A stretch of DNA of 61,439 bases, the filler included, from Choristocarpus tenellus KU-1152 (taxonomy: Eukaryota; Protista; Phaeophyceae): NCBI GenBank assembly GCA_964200185.2. It is 7 parts of 7 records of this genome, joined end to end, with 100 filler letters (N's around TTAATTAATTAA, not from the genome) between each part and the next. Parts side by side here need not be neighbours in the genome. Positions count along the whole stretch, not along the records: positions 5,295 to 36,856 come from CAXNAD020000080.1; positions 36,957 to 40,032 come from CAXNAD020022498.1; 5 more parts are not named here. One strand, written 5' to 3'. This document shows, in pieces, positions 24,801-37,326 of this stretch; positions within the stretch are counted from its first letter, which is position 1, and each line of letters starts with the position of its first letter. Position numbers and translations under genes: made by a program. The notes beneath the pieces are model-generated. The model saw nothing but the letters and a program-made list of their open reading frames with translations. It searched no databases and had not been told where the DNA came from.

Positions 24801-27594
24801 TTTTTCCGCTGTGGTAGGTGCTGCTGATTGCCACGAGTGGCATCAATGTGGCTAATGTCTACAAGCAGTTTGCTGGGACAGTTGACGTTCTTCAGGTATG
24901 TCTTGGTGCTTGTCCAGATTGAGTGGACTTGTGTAAGGGTGCTGACGATCCTCTTTCTGTTCCTCCATTTTCTCACAATTTACGTTGGAAATTTGTGAAA
25001 TCTGGATGACGGTTTTTTGAGCGGGGGGGTGGAATGAGGTGTTTTATTTTAGAAAGGCTGGTGTGGATGTAGGGTAGTGATGTCCACTCTTGTTGCATCG
25101 AGTGAAGGGATCAATCTATCCCTAACCCCAACATTCTATTGCTGTGTGAGAGGTAACATGTCAAAAAAAAAAGAAAAGGCGCAGGTGAATGGTTGGGTCG
25201 TTGGCGATTTTTTGGTGGGTCAAATCGCATCTCTTTTTTATTTTGGGAATTTTGGTGCATTCATCGTAGTGGCTTAACATTTTTAAAATTTTGAATAGGT
25301 TGAATTCATCGTGTTTGTTCTCTCCTGCCGTGCCTTGACTGATTCAGTATACACCTTGGTGACTTGCTTAGTGTGTGCCTGTTTGCTTTAAAAAAAATGT
25401 AGTTGTTATTATTGTTCTTCGTCTTATTATTTTTTTCTTCCTTCTCATTATTATTCTTTGTGTTGTTGTTATTATTATTATTGTTAATATCCAGTCGGAT
25501 TCGTTCCAGTCTGTGGTTGGCTCTGTGGCCGCCCTGTGCAATGGATTGGGTCGTCTCTTCTGGGGCAATATGCTGGACATGTTTGGGTTCAAAAAGCCCT
25601 TTGCAACCATGGCTGCTATTCAGGTGATTTTCCACTTGGATTGCAATGTAGATCGTTACGGCTAACATGCTAATGTAGAAGATAATCCTGCTTCTGTTGA
25701 GCGTGAAAACTTGCTTAGGGTTAGGGTTAACTTTGTTTAGTGTAGGGTACCCGTGAGGACTGGGAATCATGCCGTCCTTGGGGTTGGACACGCTAGGTGC
25801 GCAGTGCTCTTACACCTTTCGAGAAGAGCAACACTTTTTTTTCTCAACTTGTTGTCATGAATGTGGATGCGCTTGTAGGAGGTGCACAAGAATATTTATT
25901 ATGGAGGCCAAATGCAGTAAGCAGCAACTTTGTTGATGCTGTTACTACCATCCCACACGCTGTTACTACCTTGTCTTTACGTATGTCGGTAATCTGCTGT
26001 TGTTTCCCCTTGTTGACCTTCCTTATCTATCCTCTTGCTCGCTCTCCCTGTTGGTGAAATAGGGTAAGACTTAACTGCAGTGATTGTGGCCTTGGGTTTG
26101 CTTTGAGAGCAACCTGTGCCTCCTTTGCCTCAGAGGTGCTCTGGGCTGCCCTGATGAAACGAGCTATCTATGAATTGCCATGCTACATGTTTTGTTTCTT
26201 GGTCCCCATTACACTTGTTTATTATAAATTATTTATGCTCCCCCCCTCCCCAGCTCTTGTTGCAACCTTTGGGCTCTACTCAAGTCTTTCAGATATTGCT
26301 TCTTTTGAGTGGTGTTTGTTAATGGTTCTGTCATGTATCTCTCTCTCTCTCTCTGTCGTGTTGTTAGGCCTCTGTCACTTTCCTCTACACCACCTTGGCC
26401 AAGAGCAAGGTTGGTTACCTTGTGGCAACTGGGTTGTTGCTCTTCACACTCGGAGGCAACTTTGCTATGTTCCCAGCCCTGACTTCAAAGGTGAGGGGTG
26501 CAATGGATGCGCAGACAGATAGTCTTTAAACAATCTTGGGCTTGATACATGTTTGTTGAGGTTCTGTTGATGTTGATGTTGATGTTGATGCGCTGGAGAC
26601 CAAACTTGGCGCCTTTCCCTACTCTACTAACCTGTGCTTTATCCTGCAAATAGATGGACGAAAATTGCATCTTGTCCTAAATTGTGACCAGCACTTTGTT
26701 AATGCGGAGTTAGTGTTGCTCAGTTTTTGACACGGCATGGCGTTGCAATAAACCCCCCACCTGGGTAGTGTTTGTTGAATTGACTTTGCTGCTTGTGGTA
26801 AAAAAGATTGCGTCTACCGTCGTATATTATCTATTCATTTTTTTTGTTTTCTAGTGCGAGAAAATGGTGGGAATTTTCCTGATCGGTGTTAGGCTAGAGA
26901 TGGAAAGCTATCCCCTAGCATTTAAAAAATGCTGATAGTGAATGGACACTGCCGTATTTGAAGGGGTTATTATGCACAGGTTTTGGTGCCTCATTTAACC
27001 TAGCATGGTGTCCTTGTTGTTCTACAGGTGTTTGGTGCTCGTGAGGGTGCAAGGATATACGGCGTGTTGTTCACTGCGTTTGCCATGGCTAGCATCTCTG
27101 CAACCTTCCTGACAAAGGTGATTGGATGAATGATATTTTGATTGATTGTGACTGGTTCTTGCCAGTCAGTCTAACTGTGCGGGTGGTGGTTGGGTTTTTG
27201 ACATGAAGTTTGGATGACTCGTCTGTTTAGAATTGGCTACGCAGCTGGCGTTGAGGGCGTAAGGGATGGAAGATCTAACTGAGAGTAATAATACGTAGTA
27301 GTGATTTTCTGCACTATATGGAGTTGTGCAGGGCTGATTCTGTTGATTTGTAACAGTATTTGCATGGCGAGAGGTAGTTGGTGGTCTAGAGTGCAACGCC
27401 TTCAATGTAATATAGGCCCTTGCTGTAACCATTCTATCACTCATCTCTTTTCACTGTCCCTTGTGATATTGTTTATTCTCTTACAGCAACTGCAGTCCTG
27501 GTTTGGGTGGGAATGGGATGCTATCTTCAAGCTCATGTCCTTCCTTACTGTAGTTGCTCTTGGGGCCCTTCCCATCTTCAACGGGGTTTCGTAA
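21852..27594 (+). CDS. MFS transporter, oxalate:formate antiporter (OFA)/monocarboxylate type, with N-terminal signal peptide and extension, ~499 aa, 9 exons
   Basis: Exons 21852-22082, 22364-22600, 22954-23184, 23682-23954, 24818-24895, 25495-25623, 26368-26490, 27028-27117, 27487-27594 (1500 nt, GT-AG). Motifs LGTTYCWGNF, WFPDKKGLVSGAVVAGFGSG, NGLGRLFWGNMLDMFG, GGNFAMFPALTSKVFG. Confidence 0.93.
23355..23450 (+). repeat. Intronic minisatellite, ~14-bp unit (TGTTGATATGATAT) x ~6
   Basis: Direct tandem repetition in MFS intron 3. Confidence 0.9.
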
Positions 27595-28830
27595 ATGTAT
27601 TGCTAAGGCGTTTATAGAGTTGCTTGGTCGCCACTGCAGGAGGAAGTTTTCTGTGTGGTCCAGGGGATCTGCGCCTTACAGGAGAAAAAATATATAGATG
27701 GCGTTCCAAGGTAGCTCATGTGGTGACTGCGATATCTGTTTAGAGATTCCTGTGCTTGCCTGTAGGACTTTCTGTACAATGAAAGGAGAGCTGGGCCGCA
27801 GATTAGCTTCAGTTTGGTACTACAAGTAGTACGATTACTCTGCTTGAAGGATTGCTATCTCAACAGTGGGGGTAAAGGTTGTTTGCATTAGAAGGCGTAG
27901 TGAGCGTGATAGTCATTTCTATGATGGTTGTCCAAGTGGAGCGATACTTGCTGTTAGCTACAGATTGTGCTTTTATAAGAAAAAATTGTGGGTAAAGTAT
28001 TTCATTTCGGCTTTAAAAAAAAAAAGCCACCATAGACTCTAGTGTAGTTGTTTCAAAGGCACGTGTGCTTGTTTGTGAGCGGTATCAATATATACCAGGT
28101 GTTGAGACTGATGTCAGAAAACACCTCTGTGTTGGTTGCAACTGCAGTTACCCCCTTTCAAGTATGCTCTGCTCAGTTTCGATATTCGATTCTGCCTACT
28201 TTAATCATGGAGACGTTCTATCTCTTTTGCATCAAAAGAGGGTACTATTGCTTATTTTTCTGGCACCTATCCCCTTAACCTTGCAGATTGCTTCATTATA
28301 CAGGGTGCAGGTTATGTGAGTCACTCACAGTAGGGGACACAACTTGATGAAAAAATATGTCCTACCCTTGAGTGGATAAGTATTGCCTCTTGCTGCCTCT
28401 CCTATTTTTTATCAACCTTGAGCTCTACCTGGTTCTGAGCCCATGCACCCACCCATCCCTCCGTTCACCCTCATATATTTTGTGTTTCTGAAAAAGCAGT
28501 AACCTCAATTGATAGTGCTTGTCTTTCAATAGCATGAATGTGATCATATCCGTTCTTTTTTTTTTGTGCCTATGGCATGCCTGAGATACATGGAATACTA
28601 CTGGAATAGAAGTTAATACCAACATAAGGAGTAGCTATAGTATCTACCCATTAATAATAAGAATTGCACTTGAAAGCCTAGGGGTTTCCTAATATTTTTA
28701 TATAGAGAGGTGTGAGATGACAAGGTTGTGTTAATGTTCAGTCCTGCCACCCTGCCTTATTATGGAGACCTAGCATGAAGGAGTAAAAGAGCATCGCATA
28801 CACTGTGCGGCATAGGTGATCTGTAGTGAT

Positions 28831-28943
28831 GGATCAAAGTATCTGGGGGGAGGGGGGGGGGCTGTCCCTTTGGGATGCAATTTTCCTGGTTATGGTCCAA
28901 ATGGACACTCTAGTGTAGAGTCCTCCCCCAGATACTTTGGGTC
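28831..28943 (+). mobile_element. MITE family B, internally deleted
   Basis: GGATCAAAGTATCTGGGGG...CCCCCAGATACTTTGGGTC; flanks TGAT/TGAC. Confidence 0.85.
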
Positions 28944-29580
28944 TGACGCTGTCTTCACTTCTTTATTGACAAGTTCATGCATTGATCAATCCGTCTCTCC
29001 TTGCTCACAACATAGATTCTTGAACAGTTGGTTTTCTTTGTAGATTGCGTTTGTTTCCAAAAAGTAATTTGAACAAGCAACTAACGCTGTGAGTCCAGCA
29101 TGTTGCTTGTTTTCTTCTTTTTTTTGAAGTTGATGTTACACCATGCTTTTGTACAGGAATTGTCTGCTGTGGAAGTTGTGTCCCCCTGGTTGCATCAAAG
29201 TGGCCAGTGCAAGCCATGACTTGTTTCAGGAAAGTTGTCCACTAGAGGGCACAAACATGCCGTTGAAAGCCAAAGGTCGTTTCAGGTATGTTTGAGAGTA
29301 TGTATTCAACCAACAACCCCGAGAGTTAACTCTGAATTTTTCAAAAAATCAAATATGCTATCTTTTCTCTTCTTGGTGATCTTACTTCTTAAAAAAAAAA
29401 ATGTCACTACACATTGTATTCAAGACACTATTGTGTACATGTCAAGGTGATTCAGAGATCGAACTGGATGTGCATTTGCAAATAGGAAGACTATACCTCA
29501 ATCCATTATGTGTACACATGTAACTCCATTACAACACCATCAACTACCCTCAACAAAGCACTGCCGTTATTGTGGCAACT

Positions 29581-32500
29581 TCAATGCGCTAGGGCCATAG
29601 CAAGGACAACCACAATGACAGTGGTGGTGAACCCAACCAACAGATAGGACGATGGTCCCGGGTTGATGGGCGCAAAAGAATAGGTAACATCGAGATTAGC
29701 CTCATGGCCGACTTCAACCTTTGGACATTTCTGTCCTACACACTCCGGGGTGTCTCTGTCTGTGCTTTCGTTGTCGTCCTCGGCTAAGGATTGTTGTTCT
29801 GTGCTTGTGACATGGTCAGTGGCGCCAAGTGACACCTTCTTGGCAGTTGGTCAAGAAGGGTGTGGTCAGACCTTAGCTATTTGTCTTGCTGTCAGGGTTA
29901 GGGTTAAAGATTAAACAAGGTTATATGTACCGCAGACTGTCTTTGTTGGGGTTTTTTTCACACAAGCAAGCGAGCTGCTTTTTCCTACTTTTTTGTTGTT
30001 GTTGGTAGTTCTGATGTCTTTGATGGGGTTGTGATGGGGTTGTGGGGCATGCTCAAGAGAACACAGTACGTACTTGGGTTGGTGTGACTGGGCAGGCCAA
30101 TATTTGAAGTCCTTAATGATATTTTTTCGTAATATTGGGAGCCCTTAAGTAAGGGGTGTAGCCACCTCTGCCGACAACTGGTGTAGAACAACAAGATGGG
30201 AGCTAGTTCCTATTTAGATAGGCGTTAACATGAAATATAATTTTGTCTGGACTTTGTTGTGTCTGACTTGGTAGTGTAAGTAGGAAATCATTTTAACAGC
30301 CAGATTGGTTGGAGTTATCGCACCCCAATGCCATTGCAAGACAATAGTGGGCAAATATGTAGGGACCAGTCCTTCCAATATTTCCGGACATATCAAGATG
30401 AGATCCACTAAGTCGTGGAACCTGTTCAGTTCATGCGGGAACATATTCCAATATCTCTGACATGTCCGGATCAGGGCAGCCAGATATTGTGAGTGGGTCA
30501 GGTCATAGGCTGCTACAAAACCAATAAACAGATGGTACTGAGCTGGCCAGGTCTGATTCTACTTAATCTCAAGAATGAGTCAGGGTGACTGAAAGGATAT
30601 ATAATTATTCCCACATAAATTTGGCACAATTTGGGACATGTTTTTGACTGAGTCAACCCTACCCATTTTGACCGAACTGGTTCGGTCAAAATACTTTTTT
30701 ATTCATGGTCGTCAGTTATGCCAACCAGGAACCAATATGTTCTAATAAGGCTGGTCCATGGCCATCAACTGTTTCAATGTCACTAGCATGTGTGTGGGCT
30801 GGCCCGGTACTAACTAACAGGGCCAGTCCATGGGTGTCAACTGTTTCAACATGGCCAGGCCACGGGTCAGTCCACAGCCATGGGCTGGACTCCAGTCATG
30901 ATAGCTGCCTGGACTGATGAAAAGTCCTGGTATTCACCTACCAGTACAATCCTAACCCTAACCCTAACCTATGTACTACTAGTATGTGTATGTGATTATG
31001 TTGCGTATCGTTCGTATTTATCGATGTTTCTACTGAGGGAGGGACAATGCAAATAGAGATACTGTATTCTACTGAGCTTAAAAAAAACTCGCTGAACTAT
31101 CTTCCCTGTCACCTATTATTTATTATATATGACAGCAGGTGCAGGTTGACAGTCAAGCATGTCAGGTACTTGCACAACACTGAACAGCTGAACAGGATGA
31201 TTACTTTTGGTAAGAATATATGAGGATATACCGCTATTGCATGTCAATGGCGATGGTGAAGAGACGGCAATTCATTGCCTGAATCTTCCTTCATGAGATG
31301 CAGAACTCACAATAATCACCTAAATACCTGGTGCAATAATTTTATTCTGGAATACACTAAGTAAAAGAGGCTGTTTGGGTGCTTTTTATAATCTATTCTC
31401 TTTTCCTCACAGGATTGTGAAAGCAAATCCCTGCTCCAGGCAATGGAACTGAAGCACAGGGGGAGCACACACCTCGCCCAGGCGATGAAGGGCATCCTGA
31501 AGTCGTCCTGACCGACTCCGTTCCATATCGAGCTGTTTTGTGACCTCCAGAAGACACGATAGGCACCTAGTCAAGAGTGCACACAGATGACAACAGCAGG
31601 AGAGAGTCAGTTGAGAATCTCTGCACTGTCTATGACTCCACTGCCCGTTCACCACTTCAACAACTGCGATATCCCGTAGTCAGTTTCGCTTGATATCTGC
31701 AGAAGAAAGTAGAAAATATGTGAACTGTTGAAGCAAATCATTCGTAACTGTAGAAGCAGATCATACTTACAGTTTTCTGACATTTCAAATTGTCTCCCCT
31801 GGAGCACTCTGTGCTACAACAACAATAAATTTTCCGCACAACAGTAAATAATATATGGTCAGGTTTATTTAGGATTATTGCTTCAGAGCAGATTGAAATA
31901 ATGCCCGGAGTTGGATTTTGTACCTCCTCCCTTCCTCTTTGGCCTTCGCTAAGTCTTCTCTCAGCTGGTGCTCCAACTGACTTGATTCAGATTTTGGTTG
32001 CCTTGAGTCTTGTTGCTCCCCTGGTGATTTTTTTGCTTCTTCATGAGCTTGCGGCGGTATGCTGTTGTTGTGGCCAGACGATGCCTGTGGATATTATCAG
32101 TTCTGTAGCCAATCATCACAGTGCTCATCGTGTCACTGTGTTCAAGTTTTGAACCTTATGCACTGTTGAAGCTGACCACAATACCATCTCCATTTCTCCA
32201 TGAAGGTTGTACATTTGGCCTTGCTATGCCACACACTCACATGCACACATTTGTATTGATCAATATCTTTAACTGGACTGCATTTGAAGGGCTCTGGTGT
32301 TGAGAGATAGTTGGACTAATGGTTATGGACACAGAAATCCTGTTTTGAGTTTGTTTTGTAGTGCAAATGATCCATTTGAAATGGAAGGGTGATGAGGGCT
32401 CGGCGAGTGCTCCCTATCAAGTAATGGGTGGGAAAATAAACATTCTTAACAAAAGCAATGGAGAGCTTGCTACCAATATGAACTCCCTGCCCACACCCTT

Positions 32501-35500
32501 GCTTTCAATTGGATCCAAAATGTATCGCACTTGAATAGGTGCACTAAATATTTCCATACAGTATCCGTTGACTACTAAGATAAGGAAAATAATTATTGCT
32601 TGAGGAGCATGATTATCGTGCTTTTACCTCATTTGTTTGTTCTAGTGCATCGAACATCTCATCTTCATCAACCTGCCGTCCACTTTCAGGCACAATATCA
32701 TCCCAACTGGTCTTGGATTGTGGTGGTTCCCTGCCACCGTTGCACCTCCTATGATTGTTGCCGACACCATCACTGTTATGGAAGTATATGACACTGTTCT
32801 GTCCATCTTCAGTTCCTCCAAACTTTCCGTGCTTGATGATGGGTGCTTGAGGACTGGGGCATGATTTTAAATGATCCCTGATCTTCCGCTTGCCTTGAAG
32901 GTCATGCCATTGCCTCTTGGTTTCATTGGCCTTACAATAACAGCACTTCTCTGGAGCATCACACAGTGACCGCAATGCAATCTCAGCATCTGCTTGGCCC
33001 TGCACAAGGATTTCAAGGGAGGGTGGTAAGAATAAATTGGTAGGGCTAGCTCTACACGTCGTCTCACAGCCCAGTGTAATTTGTGACGATGCTTGGAGTA
33101 GCATAGCTGGTGATGCTCTAAACATTACCTGAAAAGCAGTTTTAATTCAAAATATATGTTTTCGTAGGTTTTAGTTACTGCGTCTGTGTGCTTATGCGTG
33201 CTTTCTCATTTGTGCTTGTGTTTGTGCATGTGTTTGCTTGGCTGTTTTGGATGGATGCGTGGATGTTGCACAGATGGTATGGGGCAGTTATGTGAAGCAG
33301 CATCTACACAGGTGAGAAAATGATGATGTTGAGGTGAAAGGAGGAAGTGAGTGAAAGTATCGTAGAGGGTACGAGTTTTGCCCTGTTTGTCCATTTGGGG
33401 CTTGGCTTCCCATGGGGTTTTTATGATATGTTGCCTACTCCAGAATGTTTCGGAGTAGGTAATATGTCTATTTTATGAAATGGCGTGTCTGGAACAAGGA
33501 TACTGGCACTTCCTAACAAATACGACGGATAATATCACATGGAAATCGCAACATTGGATTTTTTCCCCCAAATGGATGCAGCCCTACCCTCTAAGATACT
33601 TTGACTCAGTAGGTCACTGAAACAACATATAGATTTATAGGATGATTAAGACAAGTACGACATTTCTGAAGGACTAGAATGATCACTTGGGTATACTACT
33701 GGTTTTCAGCATAATGAATGAGTTTGCTGACAGAATTGTAAGCAGACAAAGATTACATGACATGGCTAGAACCACTTCAAGTAACTCTCTCTCTCCTAAG
33801 TTTCTCTGGCATTGAATGGCATGCAGCAACTAGTGTTCAGTTCTATGTGTTCAAACCTGCAACGCTTGGTTGATTTCAGCCTTTGCCATCTCCACCTTAG
33901 CGACCAATTCCAGCTTTCGTGTTCTAAGCAATCGTATCTCTGATTCTGCTTGACTCAACTTTGCAGACAGCTCGGCACTGTGCAGCTCCTCTCTGCCTTT
34001 CACGGTCTTGGACAGTAGCTGTGTCATTCGTTCAAAACCTTGATGTGAGCAAACCAGTCAAGGGTATTATGGCACATGACATTTGTGTATATGCTCAACC
34101 TTTTGGTTGCTGGTGATCTCCCCATCTCCCCTCTACAACAATGCACTAAAAAATAGGACCAACTCAATATCTGCATGTTTATCCTCTTCCATGTATATCC
34201 TCTTCCATTTATTGGTGCTTGGATGTGTGTAGAGACAGTTGGGTTCGTGTTTCAAACAGAAGAGATACAAAACCAGAGTATATCACCTCCCCACTACAGC
34301 AGTTTAGATCAGAGGGGGTCGCTCTCAGAATTTATACAGCACAACACACATTGTACTAAAAGTAGCACACATTATCCTCACAGTGTTTTGTGCTCTAGCT
34401 TTTGCTAACGCCATCTCTACTTGCTTTCGCGCTCTTGTTTCTTGTTCGCACTTTGCTGTTACTTGCCACAGCTTCTCGGCAAACGAGGACAGCGCCTCTA
34501 CGGTTTGATTCTTGCTCACACTGGCTGCAGCGTCCTGGGAACAGGTCAATCCAAACAAATTGTGCATGAAAAAATTATGGAGTTGGTTGCTTGCTCATTA
34601 ACCCATACATAGACAGCAAAATAGTATTTCAATAGATGTCTCTACAAGGACTTTTCTTCCTTGAAATGTGATTTATGCCATATAAAAACTTGAATGGTGG
34701 GAGTATTGCAACATGTTGCACTCACATTTCAACGTGCTTGCACATACTATTTTAACACTTGTAGTGTGGGAGAGACTACTGCAGAACGCCTACCCAATAC
34801 TATGTAGGATATAATAACGAACGATCAAACGCAAGAATAAAACGATCGCTAAGCATCCAAGTCATTGATCCAGTAAAACAAAAGAGTACAATTGTGTGCA
34901 AAAATAGGAGAACCTCCTATCCGGAAAAATACCTCTAGGCTGAACCTTAGTCAATTGTGCTTTCGAGTGAAAGTATCTCAGAGGGTACGAGTTTTGCCCT
35001 GTTTGTCCATTTGGGGCTTGGCTTCCCATGGGTTTCTTAATGCTATTTTCCTACTCCAAAATGTTTCGGAGCAGGTAAAATGTACACGTTATGAAATGGT
35101 GTGTCTGGAACACGGGTATTGACACTTCCTTTCAAACACGATAGCTAATATTACATTAAAATCCCAACATTTGGTTTTGGCCCCCAAATGGGCGCGTCCC
35201 TACCCTCTAAGATACTTTGACTCTTCAGTGTTTTTCACAGGTACGAGACGACAATATATGTCATAGGTCGCAAATATATGATTCTTCCAATACCCAGAGC
35301 AAAGTCCTCCTGCGGAATGCTCTGTGTGTTGCATTAGTACTAATAGTCTTTCACGTTGTTCAAAGCTGTACCCTTAGCTGACTGCAGAGTGATTTTGTTT
35401 CCATTCTCAAGCAGAGTGGGTCGTCACCCTGACTGGACTGGGTATTGGGACTCTACGTGTTGAACTTTAAAAATAATGAGGTTTGATAAATCTAAGATTG

Positions 35501-35915
35501 AACCTAGTCGCTGCTGCATATCTAAAACCAAGCAAAAAGACAAACCTGCCATACACCGTGGACAACAGGAGTAGAAGTGGCACCACCATTTTCCCCATAT
35601 GCAATAAGCCCTGCCGAATGGGTTGAAGCGATGGTGGGGTATAATTGGAGAAGATGACCTTTGGTGATAAGTAAGTCTATTACCTCTTTTCTCAATGCCA
35701 TTACCGACCTCGAGAGGTTTGATCTATGCTTTACCATTATCTCCTTCTTTGTGGTGTGGTTGCCCCATAGCGTTGACAACACGAGCGATTTTGTCCTCTT
35801 CTTTGTCGACACCAGGTTTTATATTCTCTTGTTCAGGGCTTGCTCCTTCAGCTATATGACCAGCAACGGGGGCATGGTTTTGTTGACCCTCACCTGGTGT
35901 GAAGGATGGACGCAT
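29581..35915 (-). CDS. Uncharacterised coiled-coil protein with C-terminal transmembrane anchor
   Basis: Phase-compatible exons 35915-35735, 35658-35546, 34534-34382, 34018-33857, 32999-32628, 31696-31653, 31566-31473 and a last exon ~29835-29581. Heptad-rich segments (EQETRARKQVEMALAKARAQ; LSAKLSQAESEIRLLRTRKLEL); ends YLLVGFTTTVIVVVLAMALAH*. Some internal exons are unresolved. Confidence 0.65.
30693..30935. repeat. Degenerate GC-rich repeat / possible old MITE
   Basis: Internal direct repeats (gtccatgg..tcaactgtttcaa twice) and weak termini TTTTATTCATGGTC / GACTGATGAAAAG. Confidence 0.4.
33349..33607 (-). mobile_element. MITE family A (intronic)
   Basis: Full TIRs; 3-bp flanking duplication AGT/AGT. 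Confidence 0.92.
34965..35223 (-). mobile_element. MITE family A (intronic)
   Basis: Full TIRs; flanking duplication TTC/TTC. Confidence 0.92.
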
Positions 35916-36157
35916 CGCGACATAAGAATACTTCAGAGTTTAGGAATATGAACGAACTTTTATTGCTATTGATAGAATACCAACGAACGGTGAAACGGCA
36001 GAAAATGCGGTGAAACTAGTGGTGTATCGATGCACGATACGGTTTTCTTTCACAACAACCACTATGGTAGTAGTACAACTTTAACTTTATCTATGGTTCA
36101 TATTGAGCGTATGTGAAGGGTGACTGGAAATTCTTCCAGGTACCAGGCGAGAGCACG

Positions 36158-36557
36158 ATGATAGATCAAAGCATGGACTACAGTCTTACAGGCGATGAGG
36201 CAGACCTTTCTCCTCGTGGAGAAAGCGTGGGGCGGGCTGGCGGGTCCGACCATCAAGTCGGTCAGAATCTCGTTGGAGAGGACATTAACCGTACCATGCC
36301 AGACACTCCCATCACTGCCAACCAATCATACGTGTCAGCACCATGCGTAGGGAGTAGGGTGACTGCTAACTTCCAAAGGAGAGGAAAATATTATCCTGGA
36401 CAAGTTGCTCAAGTCAACGAAGACGGCAGTATTGATGTGCATTTCGACGACGGAGATCGAGAGCTGGGTGTAGGACTCGACAGAATAAGGTTGAAGATCC
36501 CTACCTGTTTTGGGAACAGCATCCTATTCCGATTTAGACACATTTTTGGTGTCCCAG
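36158..36557 (+). CDS. Tudor/Agenet-like domain protein, 5' exon (gene probably cut by contig end)
   Basis: VGSRVTANFQRRGKYYPGQVAQVNEDGSIDVHFDDGDRELGV is a typical Tudor barrel. Candidate donor CAG|GTAGT at 36557; the ORF is otherwise open to 36652. Start uncertain. Confidence 0.75.
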
Positions 36558-36771
36558 GTAGTGCTAAGTTTGAGGAATCACCAACAAAATTACAAGAAAG
36601 TCAATGTCACACCAGCGACCCGAAGCATGTAAGGGACTTCACAGTTGAGTAAGGGAATGTGGCTAGAAGGAATTAATAAAATGTTCGTGCTGATGGAATT
36701 GTTAACTTGGAAGAAATGCTGACATTAGGGACAAATTATGGTAGGGTATCGGGTTTCATAGGGAAACCTTG

Positions 36772-36856
36772 GACTCAAAGTATCTGGGAGGGGGGGGGGT
36801 GACGGCTGTCCATTTGGGGCCCATTTTCGATGTCGCAATTTTTGGGTGATTTGGTT
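36772..36856 (+). mobile_element. MITE family B, cut by contig end
   Basis: GACTCAAAGTATCTGGGAGGG...TGTCCATTTGGGGCCCATTTT. Confidence 0.85.
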
Positions 36857-36956
36857 NNNNNNNNNNNNNNNNNNNNNNNNNNNNNNNNNNNNNNNNNNNN
36901 TTAATTAATTAANNNNNNNNNNNNNNNNNNNNNNNNNNNNNNNNNNNNNNNNNNNN
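36857..36956. other. Artificial contig spacer
   Basis: 44N-TTAATTAATTAA-44N. Confidence 0.98.
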
Positions 36957-37025
36957 AAAAAATCGAGACATGAAAAAATTGACCCCAAATGGATAGCCGC
37001 CACCCCCTCCCAGATACTTTGACCC
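36957..37025 (-). mobile_element. MITE family B, cut by contig start
   Basis: CCCCAAATGGA...CCCAGATACTTTGACCC. Confidence 0.85.
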
Positions 37026-37067
37026 AGTGGTGCTGAACAACAAACACATTTGTCTTTGAGAGACTCA

Positions 37068-37326
37068 GACCCAAAGTATCTTAGAGGGTAGGGCCGCGTC
37101 CACTTGGGGGCCAAAATCCAATGTTGCGATTTTGATGTAATTTTGGGTATCTTGTTTGTCAGATAATGTCAATATCCTTGTTCCGGACACACCTTTCCAT
37201 AACGTTCATATTTTACATACTCCAACACATTTTCGAGTAGGAAAATGTCATAAAAAAAAACATGGAAAGCGAAGCCCCAAATGGATAAACAGGGCAAACC
37301 TCGTACCCTCTAAGATACTTTCACTC
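37068..37326 (+). mobile_element. MITE family A
   Basis: Full TIRs; flanking duplication TCA/TCA. Confidence 0.92.

Noticed and set aside
33120-33140. TTTTCAG|GTAATG on the minus strand, resembling a recursive splice site
   Set aside because: A single motif in a short intron; expected by chance and untestable without reads.
36772-37025. Apparent single MITE-B or large inverted repeat across the spacer
   Set aside because: The halves belong to different contigs; assemblies simply break in this G/C-homopolymer repeat.
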